The position numbers and the translations under genes were made by a program. This document shows, in pieces, positions 31,075-41,359 of a stretch of 64,000 nt of DNA (its first letter is position 1; each line of letters begins with the position of its first letter). The notes under the pieces are model-generated. The model ran no database searches. It was not told the DNA's origin and saw nothing but the letters and a program-made list of their open reading frames with translations. This DNA comes from an uncultured delta proteobacterium (GTDB lineage: Bacteria > Desulfobacterota > Desulfobacteria > Desulfobacterales > QNYZ01): assembly GCA_963845145.1 (NCBI GenBank), contig CAWJQU010000005.1:864001-928000 (forward strand), written 5' to 3'.

Positions 31075-31173
31075 TGATATTTCTCCAATCTTATTTGCCT
31101 GGCCGGGCCTGGTTGGGCCAAGTTGGACCAGGTTGGGTTGAGTCAAGTACGGTCGGCCGATAGGCCAGACCGA

Positions 31174-31410
31174 TTATTTGATTTCCTCAAAAGGTTTATT
31201 TTCGCTTTTCTCGTCAACATATTTCACCCGGCCCGTGGTCGTATCAACAATCATCGCCCCCACAAATTGCCCCCGGGTCCAGGATGATATCTGATACCGA
31301 CCGTGTTGAGGGCCACTGGTCGCACCGGTTAATAATAAGGCAGCAAGAATAAAAAGAATGCCCAATAGAAAGTAAAGGCTTCGCTCGCCCCAAGGTTTTG
31401 TATCCATCAT
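31174..31410 (-). CDS. Small membrane-anchored hypothetical protein
   Basis: AAGGAG RBS; one TM helix; GRYQI...VDTTTG motif. Confidence 0.65.
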   Translation of the reverse strand: MMDTKPWGERSLYFLLGILFILAALLLTGATSGPQHGRYQISSWTRGQFVGAMIVDTTTGRVKYVDEKSENKPFEEIK

Positions 31411-31656
31411 TTTTCTCCTTTTCTGCTTTGATACGATTATTCACCCGCTGAACCAAATGGCGACAATCTCTGAACGGGGTATCAATTCAGCCAATTGTTT
31501 TTTAATAATTGTAAGGTGTTAATACGCGATTTCAACCATTTGAACCGAAAAACAAAGGCCACACAGCGATTGGCCGCTATCGCCTTTATCAATTGTTGAT
31601 TATCGATCAGATAGGGGATTAAGTGAATGAACGCGTAAAGAAACTTTTACCGTTTT

Positions 31657-33417
31657 TTAAGAAGTAGGGATGGGCAGGCGAATGGTAAAGGTCGTACCAC
31701 TGCCCGGCTCGCTTTCCACATGAATTGTACCATGATGCTTGTCTACGATAACAGAATAAGCAATCGCCAGTCCTTGACCGGTTCCCTTACCAACTTCCTT
31801 GGTTGTAAAAAAGGGATCAAAAATCTGCGATTTGATTTCATCCGGTATTCCCGGACCGGTATCTTTAATCGTAATCTTAATGCTGTCGTTTTCTTTTCGA
31901 GTACAAAGGGTAATCGTTCCCAAATCAGTTCTGGTTTTGTCCAATTTTTCCGAAATTGCATGAGCGGCGTTTACAATGATATTGAGGATCGCCTGGTTCA
32001 ATTCGCCGGGAAGACAATGAACCGGAGGAAGGCTGGGGTCAAAATCAACCTCAATATTGGCATAGTGTTTCCATTCACTGGTCGCAACCTCAATGGTACT
32101 CTGGATGGCACGATTGATATCGATGTCTGTTTTCTCCTTGGTTCCGGGATGGGAGAACTCTTTCATGGCCAGCACAATTTCGGAAATACGGTCAATGCCC
32201 ACTTGAGATTGGCTGATCGCTGCAGGAATCTCTTCTGCCAGATATTCCCAATCAACTTCATCAACTTTTTGCTTCAAAGCCTCAACGAGGTCGTCGGTAA
32301 CATGGTCGCTTTCGACGGCTATCAACAATTTTGAATGAAGATTGAAAAGCTGTACGAGGTCATCGAAAGCTTCCTCCAGAAAATGGGTATTATCACTGAC
32401 GTATTGGGCCGGCGTGTTGATTTCGTGGGCGATGCCCGCCGCCAACTGACCGATGGCGGCCATCTTCTCGGATTGAACCAGTTGTTCACGCGTTCGATTT
32501 AAATCATTGATCAGTTGTTCTTGTTTGCGGTTTACTTCCTCCAACTGGTTGGCCCATTGTTGTCGGTCGGTTATGTCGTTGAATAACACCGTGTGGCCTG
32601 AAAATTTACGACTGACATCCAACATCCGTTCTACCTTCACATCATAAGTCTTCTCGCCTTCCGGTGTGGAAAGGGTCTTTTCCACTACCATTAAATTTTC
32701 ATCCTGGGACATCAGATTCTCGATTTCATCCTGAAATACCGGTTGATCCATACTCGTGTGTTTTTCCGCATAATAGTGGGCACCGGATGTGCTATTACCC
32801 AGCAATAGTCTTCCGGCGGCATTGTTATAATTGTCTAATATTCTGTCCTCATCGTACAAAAGGACGGGTGAGGCCAGGCTTTCAAAAATGGTCAGGTATT
32901 TATTCTTTTCGTTCGTCAAACTCAGATTGGCGCTACTCAGCTCCTTAATTTGCGCTTCCGGCGCACTTCCAGCCCACTCGGTGCAATAGGCCACTTCGGT
33001 TCGATCAAAAAATCGTCTTATAAAAAGAGACACGACTACCGGGTTATTAAACGCGGTCGATTGTTCTATTAAATCGAGATAAGCTTGACGATAATATTTC
33101 ATCAAACCCAAAAACATGGCCAGATTTACGCCTCTTGCTCTGTGCCGCTTCGCTTCCAGAACGCCGAACTGCGCGCCTGGATAATCAATAAAATTTGTGT
33201 CCGGTGTTATCTCGGGCACGCGATCAGATTCTTTCAATGTCGTACTCATCGCCGTACTCAGCCCTTCAATGGACATTCGCCAGGCCTCTTTTAAGGTCGA
33301 TGTGTATTGGGTGTATTTCTGCCTTTCAGCATAGAAAAGAATGCGTTCCATCAACCACTCTTCGCTCAACGGTAACAGCGTTAGAATCCTATCCCGGTCA
33401 TGTGAGTCTATTTTCAT
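31657..33417 (-). CDS. Cytoplasmic sensor histidine kinase (helical N-domain, PAS, HisKA, HATPase)
   Basis: EKMAAIGQLAAGIAHEINTP; FDPFFTTKEVGKGTGQGL. Confidence 0.92.
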   Translation of the reverse strand: MKIDSHDRDRILTLLPLSEEWLMERILFYAERQKYTQYTSTLKEAWRMSIEGLSTAMSTTLKESDRVPEITPDTNFIDYPGAQFGVLEAKRHRARGVNLAMFLGLMKYYRQAYLDLIEQSTAFNNPVVVSLFIRRFFDRTEVAYCTEWAGSAPEAQIKELSSANLSLTNEKNKYLTIFESLASPVLLYDEDRILDNYNNAAGRLLLGNSTSGAHYYAEKHTSMDQPVFQDEIENLMSQDENLMVVEKTLSTPEGEKTYDVKVERMLDVSRKFSGHTVLFNDITDRQQWANQLEEVNRKQEQLINDLNRTREQLVQSEKMAAIGQLAAGIAHEINTPAQYVSDNTHFLEEAFDDLVQLFNLHSKLLIAVESDHVTDDLVEALKQKVDEVDWEYLAEEIPAAISQSQVGIDRISEIVLAMKEFSHPGTKEKTDIDINRAIQSTIEVATSEWKHYANIEVDFDPSLPPVHCLPGELNQAILNIIVNAAHAISEKLDKTRTDLGTITLCTRKENDSIKITIKDTGPGIPDEIKSQIFDPFFTTKEVGKGTGQGLAIAYSVIVDKHHGTIHVESEPGSGTTFTIRLPIPTS

Positions 33418-33527
33418 GATACTCTCTTCTCTCTATGCTTTTAGGAGGGCGCTTAATAATCTATTTTGGTAAAGTGTCTGACGAAAAAAAATCGTCTTAG
33501 GAACCTGATTGGGTTCGGTTAATTATA

Positions 33528-33554
33528 TTTTCGGTATTTTTCCCATAAACTTTA
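33528..33554 (-). promoter_or_regulatory. sigma28-type promoter upstream of the histidine kinase
   Basis: Minus strand TAAAGTTT-N11-ACCGAAAA. Confidence 0.55.
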
Positions 33555-33627
33555 ATCCGCTTAATCAGGAAAAAGTTAAATATTGACTTGAAAACAACCA
33601 ATGTAATAAAGAGCATATATAGAATCG

Positions 33628-33645
33628 TATTCTGCATACAGAATA
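33628..33645. promoter_or_regulatory. Palindromic operator, probably the IclR autoregulatory site
   Basis: TATTCTG-CATA-CAGAATA, 33 bp upstream of the iclR-family start. Confidence 0.6.
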
Positions 33646-33678
33646 ATTTTTTCATTTTTTTACTGTGAGAAAATCCTC

Positions 33679-34488
33679 ATGGTCACACAAGTCAAACGAT
33701 CCAAATATAGTCCCGTCGTACCCGCTGTGGATCAGGCTTCCAGGGTCTTGATATGCCTGGGAAATAACCCCCAACACAAAATGTCACTCACGGAAATCTG
33801 CAATAGCGTGGGGATCCACAAAAGCAAAGGGTACTCGATTCTCCATACATTGATGAACTATGGCTTTATCGAAAAGGACCTGAAGTCAAAAACCTATTGC
33901 CTTGGGGTGGGCCTCTTGTTTTTATCGCGGAATGTTCTCGACAATCTGAACCTGCGGGAGATCAGCGAACCCTTTCTGGAAGCGTTGGCTCTGGCCACCG
34001 AAAATACGGCCCTGTTCTGCCTCATCAGCGCCGATCAGGTATTCACAGTGGCAAAGCGCGAAAGCAATCAGAGTTTTGGTGTCACCATCCGGTTAGGACA
34101 CCGCTTTCACATTACCTGGGGTGCTCACGGCAAAGCCATTGTAGCCCATCTACCGAAACGAGATCGGGAAGCGCTTCTTAAAAGGGACCGACTCTATTTT
34201 TATGGCGAAAGCCACCCCTTAGACTTAAAAAAATTATCCGCTGAATTAGATGAAAGTCGAAAAAATGGCTATGCCGTTGATATCGGACAACTCAGCCCAG
34301 GCATCAATGCCTTAAGTTCACCGGTATTCGGACCAGATCAACGGTTAATCGGCTGTATTGTCTTAGTGGGAACCTTCGGCGAGCGGCGGGTGGAGCATTA
34401 TGGCGCCCTCATTGCCGAGACAGCCATTGAAATGTCTGCAAAACTCGGTGCAAACGCCCAGATGCTTTACCCATGCCTAAGGGAATAA
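33679..34488 (+). CDS. IclR-family transcriptional regulator
   Basis: VPAVDQA..VL...SLTEI...G.HKS...L.TL...G; C-terminal GKAI.A, GYAVD. Confidence 0.92.
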   Translation: MVTQVKRSKYSPVVPAVDQASRVLICLGNNPQHKMSLTEICNSVGIHKSKGYSILHTLMNYGFIEKDLKSKTYCLGVGLLFLSRNVLDNLNLREISEPFLEALALATENTALFCLISADQVFTVAKRESNQSFGVTIRLGHRFHITWGAHGKAIVAHLPKRDREALLKRDRLYFYGESHPLDLKKLSAELDESRKNGYAVDIGQLSPGINALSSPVFGPDQRLIGCIVLVGTFGERRVEHYGALIAETAIEMSAKLGANAQMLYPCLRE

Positions 34489-34493
34489 AATCC

Positions 34494-36662
34494 ATGCCTA
34501 ATTTTGTCCATTCCAATATCGAAAAAGAGGTGTCGGTCTACAACTACGATGCCGTCGTGAAGAGCCATTGCCGCATGTGCCATGGCGGTTGCGGCGTCTT
34601 GATCTATCTGAAAGATGAAAAGGTGGCCAAAATCGCCGGGGATCCAGACTGCCCCATCAATCACGGCAGTTTATGCAGTAAGGGGCTCGCTTCGGCCCAA
34701 ATGGCCTACCATCCGGACCGGCTCACCTATCCGGTAAAACGTGTCGGCGCCAAAGGAAGTGGGAAGTGGGCGCGCATCTCCTGGGATGAGGCGCTGGACA
34801 CCATTGCTGGCCGCATCCTGGATTATAAATCGCGGTTCGGTGCGGAGTCCATTGTCATGGGGTACGGCACCGGGCGGGAAAATGAGGCGGCCATCTACCG
34901 CTTTGCCAACTTACTTGGTTCACCCAATGTGCTGACGGCGGGTCACTTCTGTTATGGCCCCCGTATCGCCACGAGCATTATCACCTGCGGCACCAACCCC
35001 ATTGTAGATTACGAAAATAACCCCAAATGCATCATGGTTTGGGGCAATAATGTGGTCATCAGCAATCCCGACTGCTACAAGGGTGAACCGTTTTCCAACA
35101 GCCTGAAAAAGGGCGCCAAGTTGATTACGATAGACCCGCGACTCACCCGTATTGCCGCCCGCTCTGACATCTGGCTCCCTTTAAGGCCCGGAACCGATGC
35201 CGCTCTGGCGTTCGGCATGCTGCATGTGATCATCGAAGAAAAACTTTATGACCATGAATTTGTAAAAAACCATGTGTTTGGGTGGGAGCCTTTTGTCGAA
35301 CGGGTTCGCCAATTTCCTCCAGACAAGGTGGAAGCGATCACCTGGGTGCCCAAAGAAAAAATCGCTGCGGCCGCACGGTTGTTTGCCACCACCAAGCCCG
35401 CCGCCATTCAGTGGGGCGTGGCCATTGAACAACAAAATACGTGTGCGGATAACGACCGCCTGCTCATGGCACTGATGGGATTGACCGGGAACATTGACGT
35501 GCCGGGCGGCCAGGTTTTTTTTCAGCAGCCCAAAATACGCAATGTGGGACAATTTGGCGCCCACCGCCAACTGCCCGATGTGCAACGGGATAAACGCTTG
35601 GGTGGAGACCGGTTCCGTTTGGCGGACAACTTTGCCATTATCAACCCAAAATGTGTCTGGGATGCCATCATCGATGAAAAACCATACCCGGTTAAAATGC
35701 TCTTTTTTATCAGTTCCAATCCGGTTATCACCCGGGCCAATGCCAAGGAGGTCTACCGGGCCTTGGAGAAAGTGCCTTTCATGGCCGTTTCGGATTTTTT
35801 CATGACACCAACGGCAGAGCTCGCCGATATCGTCCTGCCGGCAGCCACCTGGCTAGAGATGGACTATATCGGGGATTACTGGAAACGACACGGCTACCTC
35901 CTGCCCCGCCGCAAAGCCATCCAGGTAGGTGAGTGCCGCAGCGATCATCAGATGCTCAACGATCTGGGCCGCCGCGTGGGCCAGGAAGAACATTGGTGGG
36001 AAGATTTCGAACAGGCCCTGGATTGGATTTTAGAACCATCCGGCATCACCTGGCAGGAATTTAAACAGATGGATTATCTTCGCGGCAAAGTCGTCGCCTT
36101 AAAGTACAAAGAGCGGGGCTTTTCGACCCGGTCTCGTAAATTTGAGCTATACTCGAGCTCCCTGGAAGCCTGGAATTACGACCCGTTGCCCCAATACCGC
36201 GAACCACCCGAAAGCCCCATCAGTACGCCGGAATTATTTGAAACGTATCCCTACATATTAATTACCGGGAGAAGGCAACCCGGCTTTTTCCACTCGGAAA
36301 ACCGCCAGGTTCCCTGGCTACGTGAATTGCACCGGGATCCGGTGGTGGAGATCCATCCCGATGCCGCCGAAAAAGAGGGTATCAAAGAGGGGCGATGGGT
36401 CTATATTGAATCACCCCGGGGCCGCATTCGACAGCGGGCCAAATTCTTTGAAGGCATGGATCCGAGGATTGTCAGCGCGGAACATGGATGGTGGTTTCCG
36501 GAAAAAGAATCGCCCGGTCACGGTTGGGCTGAATCCAATATCAATATCCTCACCGACAACCGCTATGAATCCTGCGACCCCGCCATGGGGGCCACCCCGG
36601 TGCGCACCTTGTTGTGTCGCATTACCCCGGTACCGGAAGAAGAGGTGTCCCGTGACGAATAA
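34494..36662 (+). CDS. Cytoplasmic Mo/W-bisPGD enzyme of the acetylene hydratase / catechol dehydroxylase branch
   Basis: CRMCHGGC...C 4Fe-4S motif; RFANLLGSPN....HFCYG (Cys metal ligand); WLPLRPGTDAAL; KPYPVK; DFFMTPTAELAD; no Tat signal. Confidence 0.85.
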   Translation: MPNFVHSNIEKEVSVYNYDAVVKSHCRMCHGGCGVLIYLKDEKVAKIAGDPDCPINHGSLCSKGLASAQMAYHPDRLTYPVKRVGAKGSGKWARISWDEALDTIAGRILDYKSRFGAESIVMGYGTGRENEAAIYRFANLLGSPNVLTAGHFCYGPRIATSIITCGTNPIVDYENNPKCIMVWGNNVVISNPDCYKGEPFSNSLKKGAKLITIDPRLTRIAARSDIWLPLRPGTDAALAFGMLHVIIEEKLYDHEFVKNHVFGWEPFVERVRQFPPDKVEAITWVPKEKIAAAARLFATTKPAAIQWGVAIEQQNTCADNDRLLMALMGLTGNIDVPGGQVFFQQPKIRNVGQFGAHRQLPDVQRDKRLGGDRFRLADNFAIINPKCVWDAIIDEKPYPVKMLFFISSNPVITRANAKEVYRALEKVPFMAVSDFFMTPTAELADIVLPAATWLEMDYIGDYWKRHGYLLPRRKAIQVGECRSDHQMLNDLGRRVGQEEHWWEDFEQALDWILEPSGITWQEFKQMDYLRGKVVALKYKERGFSTRSRKFELYSSSLEAWNYDPLPQYREPPESPISTPELFETYPYILITGRRQPGFFHSENRQVPWLRELHRDPVVEIHPDAAEKEGIKEGRWVYIESPRGRIRQRAKFFEGMDPRIVSAEHGWWFPEKESPGHGWAESNINILTDNRYESCDPAMGATPVRTLLCRITPVPEEEVSRDE

Positions 36663-37137
36663 AGCACAAAAGAAGAAAAGACTGACCATTGATCACTTCG
36701 AATGCTGGGGATGTAAGGCCTGTGAGGTGGCCTGTAAGCAGGAACACCATGCACCCAGCGATGTCAAACTGATAGAAGTGACCGAAGATGGACCGCGAAT
36801 GGTCGCAGGCCGCCCCTATTTCGAATACCGTGTCCGTGTTTGCCGACATTGCGACGATCCACCCTGTGCCGCGGAATGCCCGGTGGAAGCCATTGTTCAG
36901 CGACCGGACCATATGGTCATCTTAGATACGGCCGAATGTATCGGATGCGAGGCCTGTATCGACGCCTGCCCTTACGATGCCATCCGATTTGACCCGGAGG
37001 AGGGCGTCGCCCGAAAATGCAATCTATGCCACGACCGGGTTGATCAGGGTCTGGTACCGGCCTGTGCAGACAATATCTGCCTGGCCAAATGCATTCAATT
37101 TTCATCGAGCGCGGAACCCGTTAACCGTCATGGATAA
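36652..37137 (+). CDS. 4Fe-4S multicluster electron-transfer subunit
   Basis: GTG start after GAGGTG; CWGCKACEVAC, CRHCDDPPC...CP, CIGCEACIDACPY, KCNLC. Confidence 0.9.
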   Translation: MTNKAQKKKRLTIDHFECWGCKACEVACKQEHHAPSDVKLIEVTEDGPRMVAGRPYFEYRVRVCRHCDDPPCAAECPVEAIVQRPDHMVILDTAECIGCEACIDACPYDAIRFDPEEGVARKCNLCHDRVDQGLVPACADNICLAKCIQFSSSAEPVNRHG

Positions 37138-37151
37138 ATAAGGAGATCGGT

Positions 37152-38447
37152 ATGTATTGGGATGAAAGTATCGAAACCATGTCCAGCGAGGAGATGCGCG
37201 CGCGCCAGAGTACCGAACTAAAAAAAGCGGTTTCTTATGCTTACAATCAGGTGGCCTTTTATAAGGAGCGGTTCGACGAAGCCGGTATAAAACCCGACGA
37301 TATTAATAGTCTAGATGATATCATTCGATTGCCTTTCACAGTTAAAGCGGATTTAAGGGATCAGTATCCCTATGGATTGTGCGCGGTGCCCACCAGCGAG
37401 ATCCAGCGCCTGCATGCATCTTCCGGCACTACCGGTAAGCCCACGCCCGTCTTTAATACACGCACCGATCTGAAGAATTGGTCCCGTTGTATGGCCCGCA
37501 ATCTGACCATGGCCGGTGTCCGCAAAGAGGACATCTGCCAGATCGCCTTTAAATATACCCTTTTTACCGGTGCTTTCGGTCACCACCTCGGGGCAGAGAC
37601 CATCGGGGCCATGATTATTCCCACCAGTTCCGGCCAAACCGAACGTCAAGTCATGATGATGCGGGATTTTAAAGCGACGGTTTTGCATTGCACACCGTCC
37701 TATGCCATCACCATTACGGAAAAAATGGTCCAAATGGGGATCAGCCGGAAAGACCTCAACTTACGTATCGGTATCCATGGTGCCGAACCCATGTCTGAAT
37801 CGCTGCGCGGCGAGATAGAAGAGAAACTCGGATCCACAGCCTTAGGTGATTATGGTCTGACCGAACTCGGCGGGCCGGGTGTCTCCATTGAGTGCCCAAG
37901 TAAAACCGGCTACCATATTAATGAAGACTTCTTTTACCCGGAAATTATCAGCCCGGAAACACTAAAGCCGATACCGGACGGCGAAATCGGCGAACTGGTG
38001 TTGACCCCGCTTAAAAAAGAGGGCATGCCCATCCTTCGATACCGAACCCGAGACATCACCCGGCTTCATCGCGGCACTTGCGCCTGTGGCCGGACGCTTG
38101 TACGCCACGATCCTATCCTGGGTCGAACGGATGATATGCTCAATATCAGTGGGGTGAATGTGTTCCCATCCCAGCTGGAAAGCCTGCTCCTGCAGTTTGA
38201 AGAAGTCAGCTCCCACTATCTTATTCGATTGACGGCTGAAAACCGGCGCGATCGCATCACGGTGGAAATTGAGCCCTCTTCGAAACGACCCTTTTCCGAT
38301 AAACCGGATCAAAACGCAGGTATAGAGAATAAAATGGCCGCCCGCGTCAAGGACCTGATCGGCATTTCCATTGGCGTAAAACTGGTGGCACCGAACACGA
38401 TACCTCGCTCGGAAGGCAAAGCTGTCCGGGTGGTCGACCAACGCTGA
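37152..38447 (+). CDS. paaK: Phenylacetate-CoA ligase family protein
   Basis: HASSGTTGKPT, YGLTELGGPGV, RYRTRD, GRTDDML..SGVNVFPSQ, IPRSEGKAVRVVD. Confidence 0.88.
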   Translation: MYWDESIETMSSEEMRARQSTELKKAVSYAYNQVAFYKERFDEAGIKPDDINSLDDIIRLPFTVKADLRDQYPYGLCAVPTSEIQRLHASSGTTGKPTPVFNTRTDLKNWSRCMARNLTMAGVRKEDICQIAFKYTLFTGAFGHHLGAETIGAMIIPTSSGQTERQVMMMRDFKATVLHCTPSYAITITEKMVQMGISRKDLNLRIGIHGAEPMSESLRGEIEEKLGSTALGDYGLTELGGPGVSIECPSKTGYHINEDFFYPEIISPETLKPIPDGEIGELVLTPLKKEGMPILRYRTRDITRLHRGTCACGRTLVRHDPILGRTDDMLNISGVNVFPSQLESLLLQFEEVSSHYLIRLTAENRRDRITVEIEPSSKRPFSDKPDQNAGIENKMAARVKDLIGISIGVKLVAPNTIPRSEGKAVRVVDQR

Positions 38448-38470
38448 TTCGCTTCATTTTTCTGAACCCT

Positions 38471-39529
38471 ATGATATTTAACCTTACAGTCATCATCCCC
38501 GCTCTCAACGAACAGGGGCCGCTCCCTCTCTTACTTGCGGATCTGCGCGCTCAAAAAAACGTAAACCTTGAAATCATCATCGCCGATGGTGGTTCCACGG
38601 ATGATACCCTGAATCGGGCTCACCCGTTTAACCCTATCATTGTAAAATCGCCCCGCGGAAGGGCAAGACAATTAAATGCGGGGTTCGGGAAGGCAACCGG
38701 CAACAACCTTCTTTTCTTGCATGCGGACACGCGAATCAAAAACCCCGATCTATTAATAAATGCCCTCGAGCACTGGCGGATCGCCCTTGTCAAAGCCGGG
38801 CATGATCGGGTTGCCGGACACTTCCCACTAAGATTCATGCGCACCACACCAGGTAACAACAAGTCTTTTAAGTACGCTGAATGCAAAACACATTTTAACC
38901 GGATAAATACCACTAACGGTGACCAAGGCTTTTTATTGAGGCGTTCTTTTTTTGAAGATCTAGGGAAATTCGATGAGCGCCAACATTTTTTGGAAGATCA
39001 GAGATTGGCCGAAAAGATAAGGGGCCGGGGGACGTGGATCACTCTACCCGGACATATATACACTTCCAGCCGCCGTTTCGAAGCCGAAGGGTTTCATCGC
39101 CGGTACATTCTGATGGGTATGCTCATGGCGCTATACAGCACCGGACGTCCGGAATTTTTTAAACGTGCAAAGGCGATTTACGCCAACCAGGACGAAACAG
39201 GTCATCTACAGCTAAAACCCTATTTTGGAGCGGCCATCAAGATGTTTGTTTATGATCTGGGATTTTCAAAAAGCATTCGCGCCTGGTTATACATCGGTCG
39301 CTATATCCGCCAAAACTCATGGCAGATGTTTTATTTCTTCGATATTTTGTTTGGGACTGATGAGAAAAACAGAGACTACCCGTTTCTTGAATTTCACGAC
39401 AAATATTTTTGGCCCCTAACCAACAACACCGTCTGTGACGCACTCAATACATTGATTTCGTTCTTCTGGTTTATACTCGTTCTGGCACCCTATTTTTTGG
39501 TTGTCGACACCCTCCGGCCAAATGGTTGA
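38471..39529 (+). CDS. Family 2 glycosyltransferase (TIGR04283-like)
   Basis: VIIPALNE, DGGSTD, GRARQLNAG, LFLHADT, GDQG, TSSRRF. Confidence 0.85.
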   Translation: MIFNLTVIIPALNEQGPLPLLLADLRAQKNVNLEIIIADGGSTDDTLNRAHPFNPIIVKSPRGRARQLNAGFGKATGNNLLFLHADTRIKNPDLLINALEHWRIALVKAGHDRVAGHFPLRFMRTTPGNNKSFKYAECKTHFNRINTTNGDQGFLLRRSFFEDLGKFDERQHFLEDQRLAEKIRGRGTWITLPGHIYTSSRRFEAEGFHRRYILMGMLMALYSTGRPEFFKRAKAIYANQDETGHLQLKPYFGAAIKMFVYDLGFSKSIRAWLYIGRYIRQNSWQMFYFFDILFGTDEKNRDYPFLEFHDKYFWPLTNNTVCDALNTLISFFWFILVLAPYFLVVDTLRPNG

Positions 39530-39801
39530 ATAAGAGCCTGCTCGTCGGTTAATAGACATTTTTTTAAACCCGCCTGTCCCTAGCGATTAAATCAAGATCC
39601 AACATGGATAAATTCTGACAAATAGGCTAATGGGTTGTTAGAAAAGAACTGAAATGATTCAATGGTCGATCGGGTTGCGCCGTAAGATAAGCCTTTAGGA
39701 TTGCGCCAATCGGCCGATAATAGATATCCGAGCTAATTTCAAAACGTTTCGGGTTATTCAAGACAATTTAATGGTCGGGGACTCCGCCTAAGGACGCACA
39801 A

Positions 39802-41226
39802 ATGGCACTAAAAACAAAAATCATCGCCACAATCGGGCCTTCTTCGAAAGATCGGCATATTTTAGAAAAAATGGTATCAGCCGGTGTTAATATCGCTCGT
39901 CTAAATTTTTCCCACGGTAGTTACGAAGACCATGCGGAAGTTATTCGCACCCTACGCTCGATCTCGCGCAGTATGAATCAACCCATCGGTATTCTCATTG
40001 ATTTGCAGGGACCAAAAATAAGGATCGGCAAGCTAATGAACGGGGGCCCCCTTCGGTTGAAAGATGGGGCCGATTTTAGCATAACGACCGACAATATTGT
40101 GGGCGATGTAACCTGTGTCTCGACCACTTACACGCATTTACCCCAAGACGTATCTGTCAATGATACCATCCTTGTAGATGACGGCCTTATCCGGCTTAAA
40201 GTCATATCCGTCACCAACAACAAGGTTAAATGCGCTGTGGTCAACGGTGGCACCCTCATGCAAAATAAAGGTATCAATCTGCCCGGCGTATCTGTCTCAG
40301 CACCTTCCTTAACAGATAAAGATAAACGCGATGTCTCATTTGGTATTAAGAACAACGTAGACTATTTTGCGCTCTCTTTTGTACGACGGGCTGAAGATCT
40401 TATGGATATCAAAGCGATACTTAAGCGCCAGGGAAGCCATATTCCTGTTATAGCCAAGATCGAAAAACCCGAAGCCGTCGATAACCTCGAGGGCATCTTG
40501 GAGCATACGGATGCCGTCATGGTAGCCCGCGGGGATCTGGGTGTGGAGATGAAACCCGAGTTTGTCCCTACCATTCAAAAAGATATCATTGGTCGGTGTC
40601 GAAAAAATAACATACCAGTTATAACCGCCACGCAGATGCTTGAAACGATGAGCGTCAATCCGATTCCCACCCGCGCGGAATCATCAGATGTAGCCAATGC
40701 CATTTTCGACGGGACCGACGCCGTCATGCTTTCAGGGGAAACCGCTTCGGGAAAATATCCTGTAGAGGCGGTAAAAATGATGGCCAAGATCGCCCGAAAT
40801 GGTGAAAATTCCCCCTTTATGACGTATAACATTCAATACGAATCCGACCTAAAAGATCCCATCACTCATGCCATCGCTCAATCCGCCGTTAATATTTTGC
40901 ATGAAATTAATGCCAAATGTATTGTCGCGTTCTCCGTATCGGGCAGTACTTCAAAACAGATCTCTAAGCAACGACCATCAAGGCCTGTCTATGCCTTTAC
41001 ATCGAAAGCAGCCACGTACAACCAGTTAGCCTTGCTCTGGGGAATTACCCCGATGTACATCCCCAAAATCAACGGTGCTGAGCGTTTGATATCCGGTAGC
41101 GAACACCTTTTGATGTCCAAGAATTACATAAAAAAAGGAGACCTTATCGTTATTGTGATCGGCATGGGGTTAAAAGAGGGCAGTACTAATATGGTTAAAA
41201 TACATCGGGTAGGGCACATGGATTGA
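39802..41226 (+). CDS. pyk: Pyruvate kinase
   Basis: TKIIATIGPS, RLNFSHG, DLQGPKIR, IAKIEK, MVARGDLGVE, ATQMLE, DAVMLSGETA. Confidence 0.97.
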   Translation: MALKTKIIATIGPSSKDRHILEKMVSAGVNIARLNFSHGSYEDHAEVIRTLRSISRSMNQPIGILIDLQGPKIRIGKLMNGGPLRLKDGADFSITTDNIVGDVTCVSTTYTHLPQDVSVNDTILVDDGLIRLKVISVTNNKVKCAVVNGGTLMQNKGINLPGVSVSAPSLTDKDKRDVSFGIKNNVDYFALSFVRRAEDLMDIKAILKRQGSHIPVIAKIEKPEAVDNLEGILEHTDAVMVARGDLGVEMKPEFVPTIQKDIIGRCRKNNIPVITATQMLETMSVNPIPTRAESSDVANAIFDGTDAVMLSGETASGKYPVEAVKMMAKIARNGENSPFMTYNIQYESDLKDPITHAIAQSAVNILHEINAKCIVAFSVSGSTSKQISKQRPSRPVYAFTSKAATYNQLALLWGITPMYIPKINGAERLISGSEHLLMSKNYIKKGDLIVIVIGMGLKEGSTNMVKIHRVGHMD

Positions 41227-41359
41227 AAAAGATTCACTGAAGCCAGCCTAGTCAATAGGCCAACAGGCCAACAATATGCATTATCAACCAAAACAACCAG
41301 GGCTGTTAAAAATACCGCTTACCCTAAGGCAATACCTCTACAAGGTGATTCGCTTCCCA

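Noticed and set aside
34494..36662. True acetylene hydratase, or phenylacetyl-CoA:acceptor oxidoreductase PadB
   Set aside because: The catalytic Asp13 position is His and a redox FeS partner is present. No PadD-like membrane anchor or padEFGHI genes are adjacent.
39694..39720. sigma28 promoter before pyk
   Set aside because: GCCGATAA is present, but the -35 position reads TTTA rather than TAAA, and the gene context is implausible.
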